From: Octopus sinensis
Lineage: Eukaryota
Length of the DNA stretch: 64,000 nucleotides
Reading direction: 5' to 3'
Assembly: GCF_006345805.1 (NCBI RefSeq)
Contig: NC_043001.1
Span: 36,022,001-36,086,000, forward strand
This document shows positions 28,119 through 41,449 of this stretch, piece after piece (positions within the stretch are counted from its first letter, which is position 1; each line of letters begins with the position of its first letter). A program made the translations under genes and the position numbers. The notes under the pieces are model-generated. The model had not been told where the DNA came from and did no database searches. It was given only the letters and a program-made list of their open reading frames with translations.

Positions 28119-28422
28119 GGTGTGGCTCAGTGGTAAGAAGTTTGCTTCCAAATCACATGGTTCCTGGTTCAGTCCCACTGCGTGTCACCTTGGGCAAGTG
28201 TCTTCTACTCTAGCCTCGAGCCGACCAGAGCCTTGCGAGTAGATTACGTAGACGGAAACTGAAAGAAGCCTGTCGTATATAATTATGTAAAAGGTATTGG
28301 TATCTAGAAGACCTAAAGAGTGTCAGGTAAGGCTAAATAAGTGCTAAGAACAGACCATAGTTAAACTCTTGGTTCGATCGTGACACGAGCGAGGAGTTTA
28401 ATGTGGGTCATGTATTAGCCTG

Positions 28423-28459
<37 letters not shown>

Positions 28460-28676
28460 ATGTGCGTGTGTATGTATGGATGTATGTATGCATGTATGTA
28501 TGCGTCTGTGTTTGCCCCCCCCCCCCACTATCGCTTGAAAACCGATGTCGGTGTGTTTACCGCCCAGTAACATTAGAGGTTCCGCAAAAGAGACCGACAG
28601 AATAAATACTAGGCTTACAAAAAATAAGTCCTGGGGTCGATTTGTTCGACTGAAACAAATTAAAGAGTAAAGAGTA
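28119..28676 (+). mobile_element. SINE family 1 split by a ~135-bp insert at its internal TA tract
   Basis: Head 28119-28281, foreign sequence 28282-28417, 3' half 28418-28676. Confidence 0.85.
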
Positions 28677-29198
28677 TATAACTCGACATATAAACACAAA
28701 TACGACATAGGTAGTGTGTACGAGTAAAAAATAAATGTACAAATAAAATAAAATACGCAATATACAAACACAATAAAGGTCGCGCACCTCTGGGGCGGAT
28801 AGGACAAGACGTGTGTATATAGGACAAAGGCGTGTTTATAGGACAAGACGCAAAGAGAAATTATGTCCTAAAATACTTAGAAGATAGAACGAGAGAAATT
28901 GCAGCATTCTGGAATTCCCTCAATTCTAAATAATATTGACTGCCATGATAGGCTCAAGCGAAATATTGACTGCATCGAGATTAGGGAGGGCTGTCACAAT
29001 CACTTTCCTCCTTTCGCTAATTTATAGAATTATTTATATTTTAATCAGGTCTATTGATCATACCAAATAATCATGTTCTTGGTTTTCGCCTCTCTCTCAT
29101 TTTTCTAATCTTGTCAGCATGTCTATTTTCAACACGCTATTTTAATTACCAATACTTAAATTGTCAAATTTTATACTTTTATTATTTATATTTTACAG

Positions 29199-29340
29199 GA
29201 AAATCCTATGCATTCCGAGCAAAAAATCCTAATGTACAGATTTGCTTACATTCATTCGAGAATCAGAATGGCAGATGTGACCTGTTAACAAATGTGTCTG
29301 ATTACCGAGGCTGTGCTGGTGTGTATTTAGAAGATTCACA
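29199..29340 (+). CDS. Putative coding exon A of an unidentified multi-exon gene (xKSYAFRAKNPNVQICLHSFENQNGRCDLLTNVSDYRGCAGVYLEDS-Q)
   Basis: Strong acceptor (ttttattatttatattttacAG), 142 nt open in one frame, GC-richer than flanks, non-repetitive peptide. Donor CA|gtaaag is only moderate; an in-frame TAA follows if unspliced, and an alternative donor lies at 29318 (CTG|gtgtgt). Phase 1 to 2. Confidence 0.65.
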
Positions 29341-29494
29341 GTAAAGCTATATCGATTTAAATAAGAACTACACATGTCCTATATATGTGATAATTATATG
29401 AAACACTAAGACTTTTGCTTCACAACTATTTCCCTTCCTGAAAGATTAGTATCTGATCAAATAAAATGTAAACATCTATCAGTATTAGAATATT

Positions 29495-29885
29495 AGAATC
29501 GTTAGCATGCAGGGTAGAATGCTTAGCGGCATTTCGTCTGTCTTTACGTTCTGAGTTCAAATTGTATCGAGGTCGACTTTGCCTTTCATCCTTTCGGGGT
29601 CGATAAAATAAATATGAATTGAGTATTAGGGTTGATGTAAACGACTTACTCCCTCGAAATTGCTGGCCTTTTGCCAGAATCGTTAGTACACCGAGCAAAA
29701 TGCTTAGCGGCATTTCGTCCGGCTCTTTCATGTTCTGAGTTCATGTTCCACCGACGTCGACTTTGCCTTTCATCCTAGCTGGATCAATACAATAAGTACC
29801 AGTTGAGCTCTGGGGTCGACGTAATCGACTTTTCCCCTGCCCCTAAACTCCTAGCCTTGTGGCAAAATTTGAAATCAATATTAGA
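29495..29885 (+). mobile_element. SINE family 2, head-to-tail dimer
   Basis: Two consecutive units, each agaatcgttag..gactttgcctttcatcc..ggcctt/agcctt. Confidence 0.85.
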
Positions 29886-31873
29886 ATACTGGAGTATAGC
29901 ATAAGCTGAGGGAAATAACTAAAATGTGCCAATCGCATGAATTGGAGTAAATAAATGACGTACGCAAAGCAAAACTCACATAGCCACAATAAAATTCTTA
30001 CCCTAACGCGTAATACTTTATTTACATATAGTTAAAAAATCTTCATACATTTTTGTCAGTTATCGACCCCTCTACTAATTATAAATAAACTAGGGAAGGG
30101 CTTTGGCAACGAAATCAGCAGTTTATGTTACTGAATGATTGTATGTCAATATGCCAACCCTCCCCATGAACCAAAATCTGGCATCAAGTTCATTGATAAA
30201 AAAAAAACTCAAATCGAATCATCTCAAATATAACGAAAAAAACAGTAATTGTAGTTATATAGCCTCCGATTAGCAGGTCTTCTTACATCCATCTTCTTAC
30301 ATCCATGAATGAAATAATGGAATTGATAGCGTATCTAGGATTACGCCCATAGTGAAATAGTCCATACTCTAGCAAAACGAAATAGGATAGGAAACAGAAA
30401 TGTGCGTGTGTATTTGTGTAACGACGACAGATAATATCTAAGTGAACGAGAGATTTGTCGGGAAAGAGAAAGATGGGCAGTGTGAGAATATCATACATAC
30501 ACACACATGCAAGTGTATTGTAGTGTAAAAGCTATAATATGGGATAAGACAGAATCATGAAAATGAAAGAAAAGACGAGGTAGACGGGAAAAATATGGTA
30601 TTGCTAAAAAGTTTGATATTTATACTATCCCGGGCAAGATATCTGACCGTATTTAGTGGTAAGACTACAGTTCCGAAGCTCAGGTGTTTTACGGAGTATC
30701 GAGTTATCTCTAAGCCGCCGCTACTTCTATTCAGCCCTGATCTGGCGTAGTAGTACCTTTAGTACCTTAAGGACCTCAAAAGATGATCCTGTGTCTAAAA
30801 CTTGGAGGAGAACTTACTTCTAAACATGTACCACATAAGCTTAAACATACAGCACAGTGAAATCCAACCTTGAATGACGTGATTGCGAAGTGAACAACCA
30901 GCCACGTAACAAGGCCATGCCTAACTCCCAGCCCATATAAACATACGAAAATCTTAAATTTTAAATTATCTCTTGGCCTACTTTTTGACTGGGGAATAAT
31001 GTGGTTCTATCTTTAAACTGATATATAATTTATAAATTATGTACATCTTGAAAACTTCTCCGGGGCTGTTTAAGACATTAAGTGAAAACGGAACGTGTGA
31101 GTTGAGCTTCTGCTTCCTCTAGTGCCAACCAACACTCATTTCAGACTAATGGCAAATAATATCGGTAACCGTAATGTAGCAAAATTTTTTGCGAAAATAT
31201 TTCAAGTCTTAGTGAGGGTGAGAACAGATCAGAAGTTGCACCTAATACTCTTAAAACCTCACACTACGGTAATTCACATTACCACCAACCGAACTAATAC
31301 CTCCCTAGTACTATCATTATAATAGTGATCGCCATTTATAATTGATGACGGTATAGATAACAGTATATAAATATAAATGCGTAAATTTAGCCCAAGACGC
31401 CATGGAAAATGTTAAACATTAAAAATAACATCTAAGGTGGGAATTGATTCTTGTTATCTTGGATTCAATATAAGACACATGTTTAAACCTGGATGTTAAC
31501 CTATCTTCTTTCTAACGTTTCTCTTACACCCATCTCTCTAATATTACATAGCTTCCTTTCTTTACCGTCATCCGTCATCAACTTTGTTAAACGTTTCTTC
31601 GCCCCCTTTTATCTTTTAACTACCTCTCAGACTACCTGAAACGGTTCACTGAATCGCTTTAAATTTTATTGAAGACATACACGAACTCACTCACACACGA
31701 ACACAGACGGCACACACGAGCCTATAGCTATGTAATGATAGAACGTACCTACGTGTAAATGATAGACGCAAATAGTGTAAATCTATCTGACTCGCTATTT
31801 TAGCTAGCTGGCTATATTGCTTGCTAGTCAGTCATCTATCTACGTAACTTGTCAATTAATTGTGTGTCTGAAA

Positions 31874-31910
<37 letters not shown>

Positions 31911-32813
31911 TGAGTGAGTGGATGGATGGACGGGACAGACCGACCGACAGACAGACAAAGAGAGGGGGAAGGGAGAGACAGAGAGTAACCGTTCAACTAT
32001 TTCCGATGCGATTTATGATTTAGGGAACCCTTATTTGTTTATTTAACAAGAATAATTTTATTGCCGACGGTAATATATAAGCATCAACAGCAATTCCATT
32101 ATTATTTCCACCAAGAATTAACACACCCGCAAAACATAAGATACTGCTACCACCGCCACTACGACCGACCCTAACCGCCATAGAACAACTTAAGCCACGA
32201 ATTTTCACCACGAATATGATTGCTTAACCTTCTTATAACAAACCAGCATCAGTGGCCCAAAACGGACACCAAACACAGCCACCAGTAAACACTTCTATCG
32301 CTTGTCCAGCCACAAATATGAACAATGCCGCTAACAACATCCTTACGCCCCCCAACCCACACTCCGAAGAGGAGAGAAGCACGTGGCTTTAATACGCAGA
32401 ACCATAAATGACATAAAAATCTGGCCACAACACGCAGCGTAATTATTATCATCATCACTGTGGTGTTACAAGGATGGCGAAAGAAAAAGAACCAGGTTTT
32501 CTAGGGGAGGTCATTGAGTACAGATAAATTCTTCGCAGCTTGCGGCTAACTTTGAACAACTTTGAAGTGCATTGCAATGAAAGATTCCACATTTCCACCC
32601 ACCCCCACCCCCACCCCACCGTCTTTCTTTCCTACTTTTTCTCGCATCATCTCTCGCCTCTTTCACTCTCAGTCAATGTTTTATATATTTTCATTTTTTT
32701 GAAGATTTTCTTCTTTGTTTTTTTGTTGTCTTTTTTCTTTTTTTTTTTTTCACTATCTGTATGAATTAATTATTTAGCTATAAATCACTATTATTTATTT
32801 GTTTGCCGATCTG

Positions 32814-32851
<38 letters not shown>

Positions 32852-33422
32852 TTTTTCGCTTGGTCCTTCTCTAAAGCTTACTTATACACTAATTTTCTCT
32901 TTCTATTTGTCTACAACTCAGTGTGTGTAAGTTTTTTGGCGTGTCATTATCAATAAATCATTCTTATCTGTTTGTATTCCTCCACTTTCGGTACGTTCCT
33001 CTGTTCCACCCTCTCGTGCTCTCTCTCTCTCTCTCTCTCACGCACAAACACTCACATACACACACACACTTACACACACATTTGATTCTGATCTATTCCT
33101 CTCCCTCTGTCAGTCTGTCTGCCTGCCTGACTGTCGTCACACTTCTCTCTCTGTGCTTTTTTCTTTTCTCCTCAATATTTTCTCTTGTCTCTCTCTCTCT
33201 CTCTCTCTCTCCGCCTTCCTCCCTAACATCGGATTTCTCTCTCCCTAATCCTGTTTATTATGGACACTGACAGACACAAACATAAAGACAAAAAAAAAAT
33301 ACCAGCATAGAGAGAAGGTGACAAAGTACAGACAGATTGACAATCAAGTTTGTTATCGGAGAGAGAATCTGAGATAAAGAGAGATGTTGATGGTGATAAA
33401 TATGATGATTGTGCCCGCCGAC

Positions 33423-33472
33423 GGTGGTAGTGGTAGTAGTGGTCGTGGTAGTAGTGGTCGTGGTGGTGGTAA

Positions 33473-33539
<67 letters not shown>

Positions 33540-34903
33540 TGTAGTAGTAGTAGTAGTTAGTAGTAGAGAGCAGTTAAAGGTACTATGGGGTGAATAAGGA
33601 CAAGGAGATTGTAAGAGAAAGGAAAATTGTAAGAAAGAGGAAACGGAATAAGAATTATACGGAAAAAGGAAAAAAAGGGAAAGTAAGTAGAAAGATTGGT
33701 TTTGGCATTGCTGAGATGGCGTGAAGGAGGGGGGGAGGGATAGAGGGAGGGTCAGGAGTTGTTGGAAAGGAGTGTGAGGCCAGAAAAGACATCGTAGATT
33801 CTAAAAAGAAGACAATATGGCCGACAATAGCCGACAAGTAAGTTGCTGTGACGGTAAACATAGAGGCGACTCGCTAAAATGTCTTAATGAAAAGTTGAGT
33901 CATAAGCTAAGAGGGAGGGGTATGGCACGCCCCACCACTTTAAACAAGGCAGCTAACCCTAAGGCTTATTTCGCTGATTCAGCCAACATTTCCTGGCTTC
34001 TGTGAGACATCCTTCATTCCACGTGTATGTACATACACATACGATCACACATATAAATGCGTGCGTGATTATATAGATATACAATTATGGATATATATAC
34101 ACGTCTATATGATGTGTAGAAGGGTTTGTGTACATGTGTGGCCTGTTGTGTGCTTGTGCTAGTGTCCTAGTTGGAGTCTAGATGGAAAGAGTGAAAAGAA
34201 GAAAAAAATCAACGTTAAAGGGCTGTCAATACTACAAAGAACGTTGAAGAATTTGTCTTTCGGAACAGCAGAAGAAAAAAATATATATTTTTAAGAAACA
34301 CACAGACACACACATGCATACAAGCTAGCACATGTACTACATAGGAAAACAGAAGACAGTTAATCAGTGTCCCGTCTGCAGCTGACCGAAGTTTCGTGGA
34401 AATAGAAAGAAAATGAGTGAATGCATCAATATGATAGAGAAGATATAGAGGAAAATAAAGAAATAAAAAATAGATATATAGATAAACGAAGAAAGATATG
34501 TAGATAACTGAAAATACTGATGATTACTGCAAAGGAAAGATTAACTGAATTCGGTGAGATAGATAGATAAAGTGAGAGAGAAAGAGAGAAATAGACTATA
34601 GGAATAAAAGGCAAGAGAACTAACTTTCCGATTCAGATACGTTAGTTAAGCACGCCACAAGGGAACGTGGTTATACTGGCGTCATTATCTCTATAACAAC
34701 CACCTCTGCTGCTGCTGTTCTCACACCACTAGTACCAACTACCACACACACCTAACTTTCCCCACCTATCTCTTACCGTCATCACACCACCATGATTACA
34801 CACAATTAACTGACTGGATCGTGACAATCCATATAGTCATCGCCACCACCACCACCACCACCAACAACACCACCACCACTACACACAACTACTAATAACG
34901 GCG

Positions 34904-34957
<54 letters not shown>

Positions 34958-34993
34958 TAGTAGTAGTAATAGTAGTAGTAATAGTAGTAGTAA

Positions 34994-35081
<88 letters not shown>

Positions 35082-36146
35082 GGTGGTGGTGGTGGTGGTG
35101 GTGATAGTGGTGGTGGTGGTGAAATATACTGGCATCCCTTAAGAGCCTATTTGAGGGAGATTTTTTTATATGGTTACTCGACCAACAATTTCTGAAAATG
35201 CAAGCCAAACCTCCTCTGAAGAGGATGCTAGATAATATAGAATTGTACATGAGGTATGAAAATCCGTGGTGGTCATGGTTAGAATGTCTCTGATCAGATC
35301 ATAGATTTGTTCACAGAAAGTTGACCTGGAGCTAAACAACATCTATCATCGCCCATCCTCTTCTGCTCTCTTTCATACAGAGCATGTTGGATAATATAGA
35401 AATGTACGTGAGGTTTGAAAAATCGGTGGTGGTCATGGTTAGAATGCCTCTGATCAGATCACAGATTTGTTCACAGAATTGACCTGGAGCTAAACAACAT
35501 CTATCATCGCCCATCCTCTTCTGCTCTCTTTCATACAAAGCATGTTGGATAATATAGAAATGTACATGAGGTTTGAAAATCCGTGGTGGTCATGGTTAGA
35601 ATGCCTCTGATCGGATCATAGATTTGTTCACAGAAAGTTGACCTGGAGCTAAACAACATCTATCAGCTAGCGCCCTTCCTCTTCCGCTCTCTTTCATACA
35701 GAGCATGTTGGATAATATAGAAATGTACATGAGGTTTGAAAATCGGTGGTGGTCATGGTTAGAATGCCTCTGATCAGATCATAGATTTGTTCGTAGAAAG
35801 TTGACCTGGAGCTAAACAACATCTATCAGCGAGCGCCCTTCCTCTTCTGCTCTCTTTCATACAGCCACAAACTAAATTATCGTTGTGTATAGCAACCACA
35901 TGCTGACATAACCAGTATCACTATTATAATCAACATTATTATAATCAACACTCAGGATCAGATGCTTCAAAATTTCATGTTAATTGATGTACCAGCACTT
36001 CACAGCAGCAGCAGCGGTAGTAGTAGTAGTAGTAGTAGTGTAGTAGTAGTAGTAGTAGTAGAAGCAGTAGCAGCAGCAGCAGCAGTAGTTGTAGTAGTAG
36101 TAGTAGCAGCAGTAGTAGTAGCAGTAGTAGTAGTAGTAGTAGTAGT
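33423..36146. repeat. (GTA/GTG/GCA)n tracts at 33423-33562, 34903-35120, 36003-36146 (also 54712-54955)
   Basis: Read directly from the sequence. Confidence 0.95.
35225..35864. repeat. Tandem array, 4 units of ~158-163 bp
   Basis: gataatatagaa recurs at 35231, 35390, 35548 and 35711; the units are highly similar throughout. Confidence 0.95.
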
Positions 36147-36609
36147 GCATCAATGGGCAACGTTGCATTTTGAACTTATTAAAGATGTATAGATAGGCTC
36201 AAGCAATAACTAAACCCAATTGTAGTCCACACAGATTCAAGGGCCAATAAGATGCTCGAAAGTAAACTACTAACTTTGAAATAAATCCTCAAGATTATTT
36301 ACATCATTATTAAAGTAAATGCTCTACTGGTATTTTGCACCTGCACTAAATGACCGAAAACTCTGTAAACTTTTCTCCTCGTCGGGATATTTATATTTTT
36401 TTTATTTTTGATTATTTGAGAGTTTAGAGAGTAACAAAATTCTTGTTTGCAACCCATTGTAATTTTGAGTGTATAGAACAATGGTTTCGAACCTTTGATT
36501 TTTTTTTTTTTTTGCTAATGCACTCCCTTTGATTCCTGTTTTACTCACATGGGCCCTCATAGCCATTTGATGCTTTAAAAAGTTATATTATATTTCAATG
36601 ATTGAATAT

Positions 36610-36819
36610 TCTTTTATTTATTTATTTGTTTCAGTCATTTGACTGCGTCCATGCTCGGGCACCGCTTTTAGTCGAACAAATCGACCCCAGAACTTATTCT
36701 TTGTATTTATTCTATCGAACTCTTTTGCCGAACCGCTAAGTTACGGGGACGTAAAACACACCAACATCGGTTGTCAAGTGATAATGGCGGGACAAGCACA
36801 CACACACACACACACACAC

Positions 36820-36865
<46 letters not shown>

Positions 36866-37019
36866 AACGGGCTTCTTTCAGTTTCCGTCGACCAAATCCA
36901 CTCACAAAGGTTTGGTAGGCCTGAGGCTATAGTAGAAAACATTTGCCCAAGGTGCAATGCAGTGGGACTGAACCCGGAGCCATGTGGTTATTAAGCAACC
37001 TACTTACCACACAGCCACT
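36610..37019 (-). mobile_element. SINE family 1, near full length
   Basis: Reverse complement of the family consensus, with internal CA/TA tract. Confidence 0.9.
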
Positions 37020-37330
37020 ATTATGAATTATATAAAATATTGTTAAAATCATTTTGTGTGCTGTAGAAGTATAACCAATTTATTATTGAACATAAATTTT
37101 AAGCGACAAAATCCTTTGACCCGCAATAGTCATATGGGCCCAGGTTGAGAACCTCCGATATAAGGAATGTAATTCAACAAACGAGTAATCTACGTTTGAG
37201 CTTACATTAATTAGTGTGATGAGATTACTCTACTGAGGAAGGGAGGAAGAATCCACCCATAGAATACATTAAAAATTTTATTATCTCTATCATCGTACAT
37301 CAAAGCACAATATACATTTCTCGTCCAATG

Positions 37331-37740
37331 TACTCTTTACTCTTTTACTTGTTTCAGTCATTTGACTGCGGCCATGCTGGAGCACCGCCTTTAGTCGAGC
37401 AAATCGACCCCGGGACTTATTTTTTGTAGGCCCAGTACTTATTCTATCGGTCTCTTTTTCCGAACCGCTAAGTGACGGGGACGTAAACACACCAGCATCG
37501 GTTGTCAAGCAATGCTAGGGGGACAAACACAGACACACAAACATATACACACACACTTATATATATATACATATATACGACAGGCTTCTTTCAGTTTCCG
37601 TCTACCAAATCCACTCACAAGGCATTGGTCGGCCCGGGGCTATAGCAGAAGACACTTGCCCAAGGTGCCACGCAATGGGACTGAACCCGGAACCACGTGG
37701 TTGGTTAGCAAGCTACTTACCACACAGCCACTCCTGCGCC
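37331..37740 (-). mobile_element. SINE family 1, young full-length copy
   Basis: Nearly identical by eye to the reverse complement of 42907-43315. Confidence 0.92.
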
Positions 37741-38215
37741 TACATTACTATTCTTTAACGGATTGTTATTTTGCTTCTATGCATTATACCCTACTGTTAT
37801 ATTTCAGGATGGTTTTTTTTTCCTTGCCAAATAATCACACGCACAATATATTCGTTTTTCACTCTTTATTATTGTTCTTTTTCGTCATATGTCCATTGTC
37901 TGGAAATCTTTCGTCACATATCTGAGACCTCTTCAGCGACTCTTCCATTCCACGTGTTCGGTTTAGTCTATACTCCATTTATTATTTAATCAGAGCCAAT
38001 ACACTTTATACTATTTATGTTATTGTTGCTATTTAGTATTAGGCAATTTTGTCACGATAAACCTATGGCCAAAGGTTTTGACTTTTAGCCATAGTGTTTC
38101 TAATACATCATTCCTTTTTTTTTTTTTTTAAGTCGAGAGAATCTGAAAAACCATTAGATTGCCATTTGTCACAAGTATTCACTACTTAGTCTAGAAAAGA
38201 AGAGCAAGGTCTATG

Positions 38216-38637
38216 ACTCTCTTACTCTTTCTCTTTTACTCTTTTACTTGTTTCAGTCATTTGACTGCGGCCATGCTGGAGCACCGCCTTTAATCGAGCA
38301 ACTCGACCCTGGGACTTATTCTTATGTAAGCCCAGTACTTATTCTATCGGTCTCTTTTGCCGAACCGCTAAGTAACGGGGACATAAACACACCAGCATCG
38401 GTTGTCAAACAATGCTAGGGGGACAAACACAGACACACAAACACACACACACACGCATATATATATATATATATATATATACGACGGGCTTCTTTCAGTT
38501 TCCGTCTACCAAATCCACTCACAAGGCTTTGGTCGGCCCGAGGCTATAGTAGAAGACACTTGCCCAAGGTGCCACGCAATGGGACTGAACCCGGAACCAT
38601 GTGGTTGGTAAACAAGCTACTTACCATACAGCCACTG
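38216..38637 (-). mobile_element. SINE family 1, full length
   Basis: Collinear with 37331-37740. Confidence 0.92.
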
Positions 38638-39678
38638 CTGACTATTACCTTATTTTCAGAACTTCCGAAACTGATTCAGAAAAGACCTTTCATCCTTTTT
38701 ATGATAAATGTGTGAGGCTTGACTGCTACTTTTAGCAAGTCAGACGGCCACATGGAGGCTGCCATACTGACTTCTTGGTTCGATGCTGTTCAACTAGGCA
38801 TCATCGTTTTGTTTGTTAGGTTCATGATAATATTATATTATTCAGATTCAGTTTGTCACCGTTCTGCCTGCGTTTGTCGAATTCTCATTACATATGTGTT
38901 TGATCTCTCACTTGTAATTGCCGGTATGTGTTTTATTGTTGTCGCTGCTGTTCACTGGTCGTCATTGTTAATAACTTTATTTTACTGCTGTTATTATTGC
39001 TTAGAGGTGATGCATTTTTCTGTTTGTCAGTCTATATGTGTTGTTGTTATTGTTATTGTTACAGACTGCTACTGTTATTGTAATTAATTTTGGAAAGTTG
39101 TCTAAAACGAAACCAGCTATGTTGGACTGGGAAATCTGCCATCCACTTCTGTCATTATGTCATTCTTTTCAATGTGATCAGTGGGATTCTCCGCCTCAGA
39201 TTTGCCTGGAGCCCAGAAACCCAGCAGCTAAGGAACTGTATACTAGGTCATTGAGTGTAAGACACTATGTGAGATATTTTCATTTCAGTGGAAATAAATG
39301 CACTCAGATGTTCGGATCCACACACACACACACACACCACACACACACACACCTACAAATACACATAACATAGGCAAACATACGGAAAAACACCAGAGAA
39401 ATGCACTGATATAAAACTGCACACTTAATATACACATAATTACAAAAACACATGCACATATATAGGCATATATATATGTATATATAAATGTATATGTATA
39501 TATAAATGTATATGTATGTATATATGTATATATGTATGTGTATATATATATATATATATATAAATGTATATGTATGTATATATATAAATGTATATGTATG
39601 TATATATATATATATAAATGTATATGTATGTATATATATAAATGTATATGTATGTATATATATAAATGTATATGTATG

Positions 39679-39717
<39 letters not shown>

Positions 39718-40748
39718 ACATATAAACACACTCACAAACACACAAACCAGAAACATACAACACATACAGAATGCTTTGTGCGTACAAATATATATATATA
39801 TATATATGATAATCAGATTGTAAGAATATCTCTGTGTGTGTTGTGTGCGCGTGTCTGCAGCTATAAACATATGCATACGCGTCCAAGTGTATATGATTAT
39901 GATGTATACGTACAGAAATGTCTGTTCGTCTTAATATATATATATACACATATTTGAAGAAACGTGTACACACGAACACTGTTTATTTACACTTCTGTAG
40001 ACAAATACGAACAAATCATATTGAAGGTTTATATATTGATTTATGAAGTGCGAAATGTGTGCTTCATCTAGTTTAATTGACCCCAAATTACTGAGAGAGA
40101 GAGAGCTATTAGCAACATTCATTGTAAACCATGTTTTTCTGATTATAATCAACATCATGGTTGAATAGCTTATGTGACACCGGTGCTTACACTAATATTG
40201 TGTGTATATATATGTGTGTGTGTGTGTGTGTGTAAATGTGTGTTATATTGCAGAGGCAAAATATATTCAGTATATATAGACCACATAATGATACGGCATT
40301 AGATTCTCCTCGCAGACCATAAAGTTTCGGTCATAGCGCAGATTATTCCGGCATCTGCAATATCGACAGAGTTTTCCCAGAAACTATGGCATTCTCCAAA
40401 CCATACCCTACTGAGACAAGTGTAGTTAAATGTTCTAGGGAGAAAAAAAAAAGAAAAGAAAATGCTATCCAGTGGATACTTGTTTAATAAATAACATATA
40501 TATTTTATGAAACAAAATTAGTTCTTTTATAGGATGAAATGTGAGGTTGTGAAATACATCTCGTTCTCCATAGTAAAATCAGCATACATGAAACTATTTA
40601 AACTAGGAAGAGACACTGGTTCAAGAATTTAGAATATGTGACGTATGTATCTATTTACGATGTATATGTTTTCATTCTTACTTAAGCAGAATGTCAAGTT
40701 TGTAAATCAATACTATATTATAACTGGTTCTTGTTTCATTGATTTCAG

Positions 40749-40780
40749 AGCAATAAAGGATGAAGACGAGTCTGACAACA
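40749..40780 (+). CDS. Putative 32-nt micro-exon B (AIKDEDESDN)
   Basis: ttcttgtttcattgatttcAG | AGCAATAAAGGATGAAGACGAGTCTGACAACA | GTacgt. Only one frame is open (phase 2 to 1), and it matches the phase-2 end of exon A (CA|A = Gln). Confidence 0.6.
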
Positions 40781-41108
40781 GTACGTAGATAACGTAGCTG
40801 ACAATTTTAAGATATATAACTAACCTCAAGAATAACGAAGGTTGCCTTAAGGCATCCAGTATGATTTTTAATTCTTTTTCTCACAACATAACAAATATAC
40901 CAAACAAGAACTTGACTCGTATATCTGCCCTCTCACCCCATATCCAAGTAATGGTTCACTATTCATTAATTTCTATAATTTGTCTCTGATGTATGTATGT
41001 ATTATGTATGTATCTATGTATGTATATATGTATATATGACTCTCTAAACATCTATCTTTCTAGCAATCAATCAACCGGTCTACCTACCTATCCATTTACA
41101 TATAGGTG

Positions 41109-41211
<103 letters not shown>

Positions 41212-41407
41212 GTCAAAATGAGTGTGAAAAAATTGGATATTAATTTAATAACATCAATTTAAAGACCAGTGGCCTAGCGTAAAAAAGAATGAGATTCAGT
41301 AAATATTATTAATACACAACTATGAGAGAGATCCACTATGTGGACGCTCTTACGCTAGATATAGATCCGCAAAGGGGGCGTCCACATAGTGGATTCTCTC
41401 TCATAGT

Positions 41408-41449
<42 letters not shown>

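Noticed and set aside
32090-32390. ~100-codon + frame with one stop (..NKPASVAQNGHQTQPP..)
   Set aside because: The strand is C/A-rich and T-poor, so stops are rare by composition; there is an internal stop and no good splice sites.
35225-35864. CRISPR-like array, or hammerhead repeats (CTGATCA..GAAA) in the 160-bp tandem
   Set aside because: The units are similar along their full length with no unique spacers, and the context is eukaryotic. The CTGATCA motif lacks G8 and a proper stem II.
40310-40375. Minus-strand CTGTCGA..GAAAC..GTC as another variant hammerhead
   Set aside because: The stem II candidate is separated from the core by 7-9 unpaired bases, and there is no stem I or homology to the four real copies.
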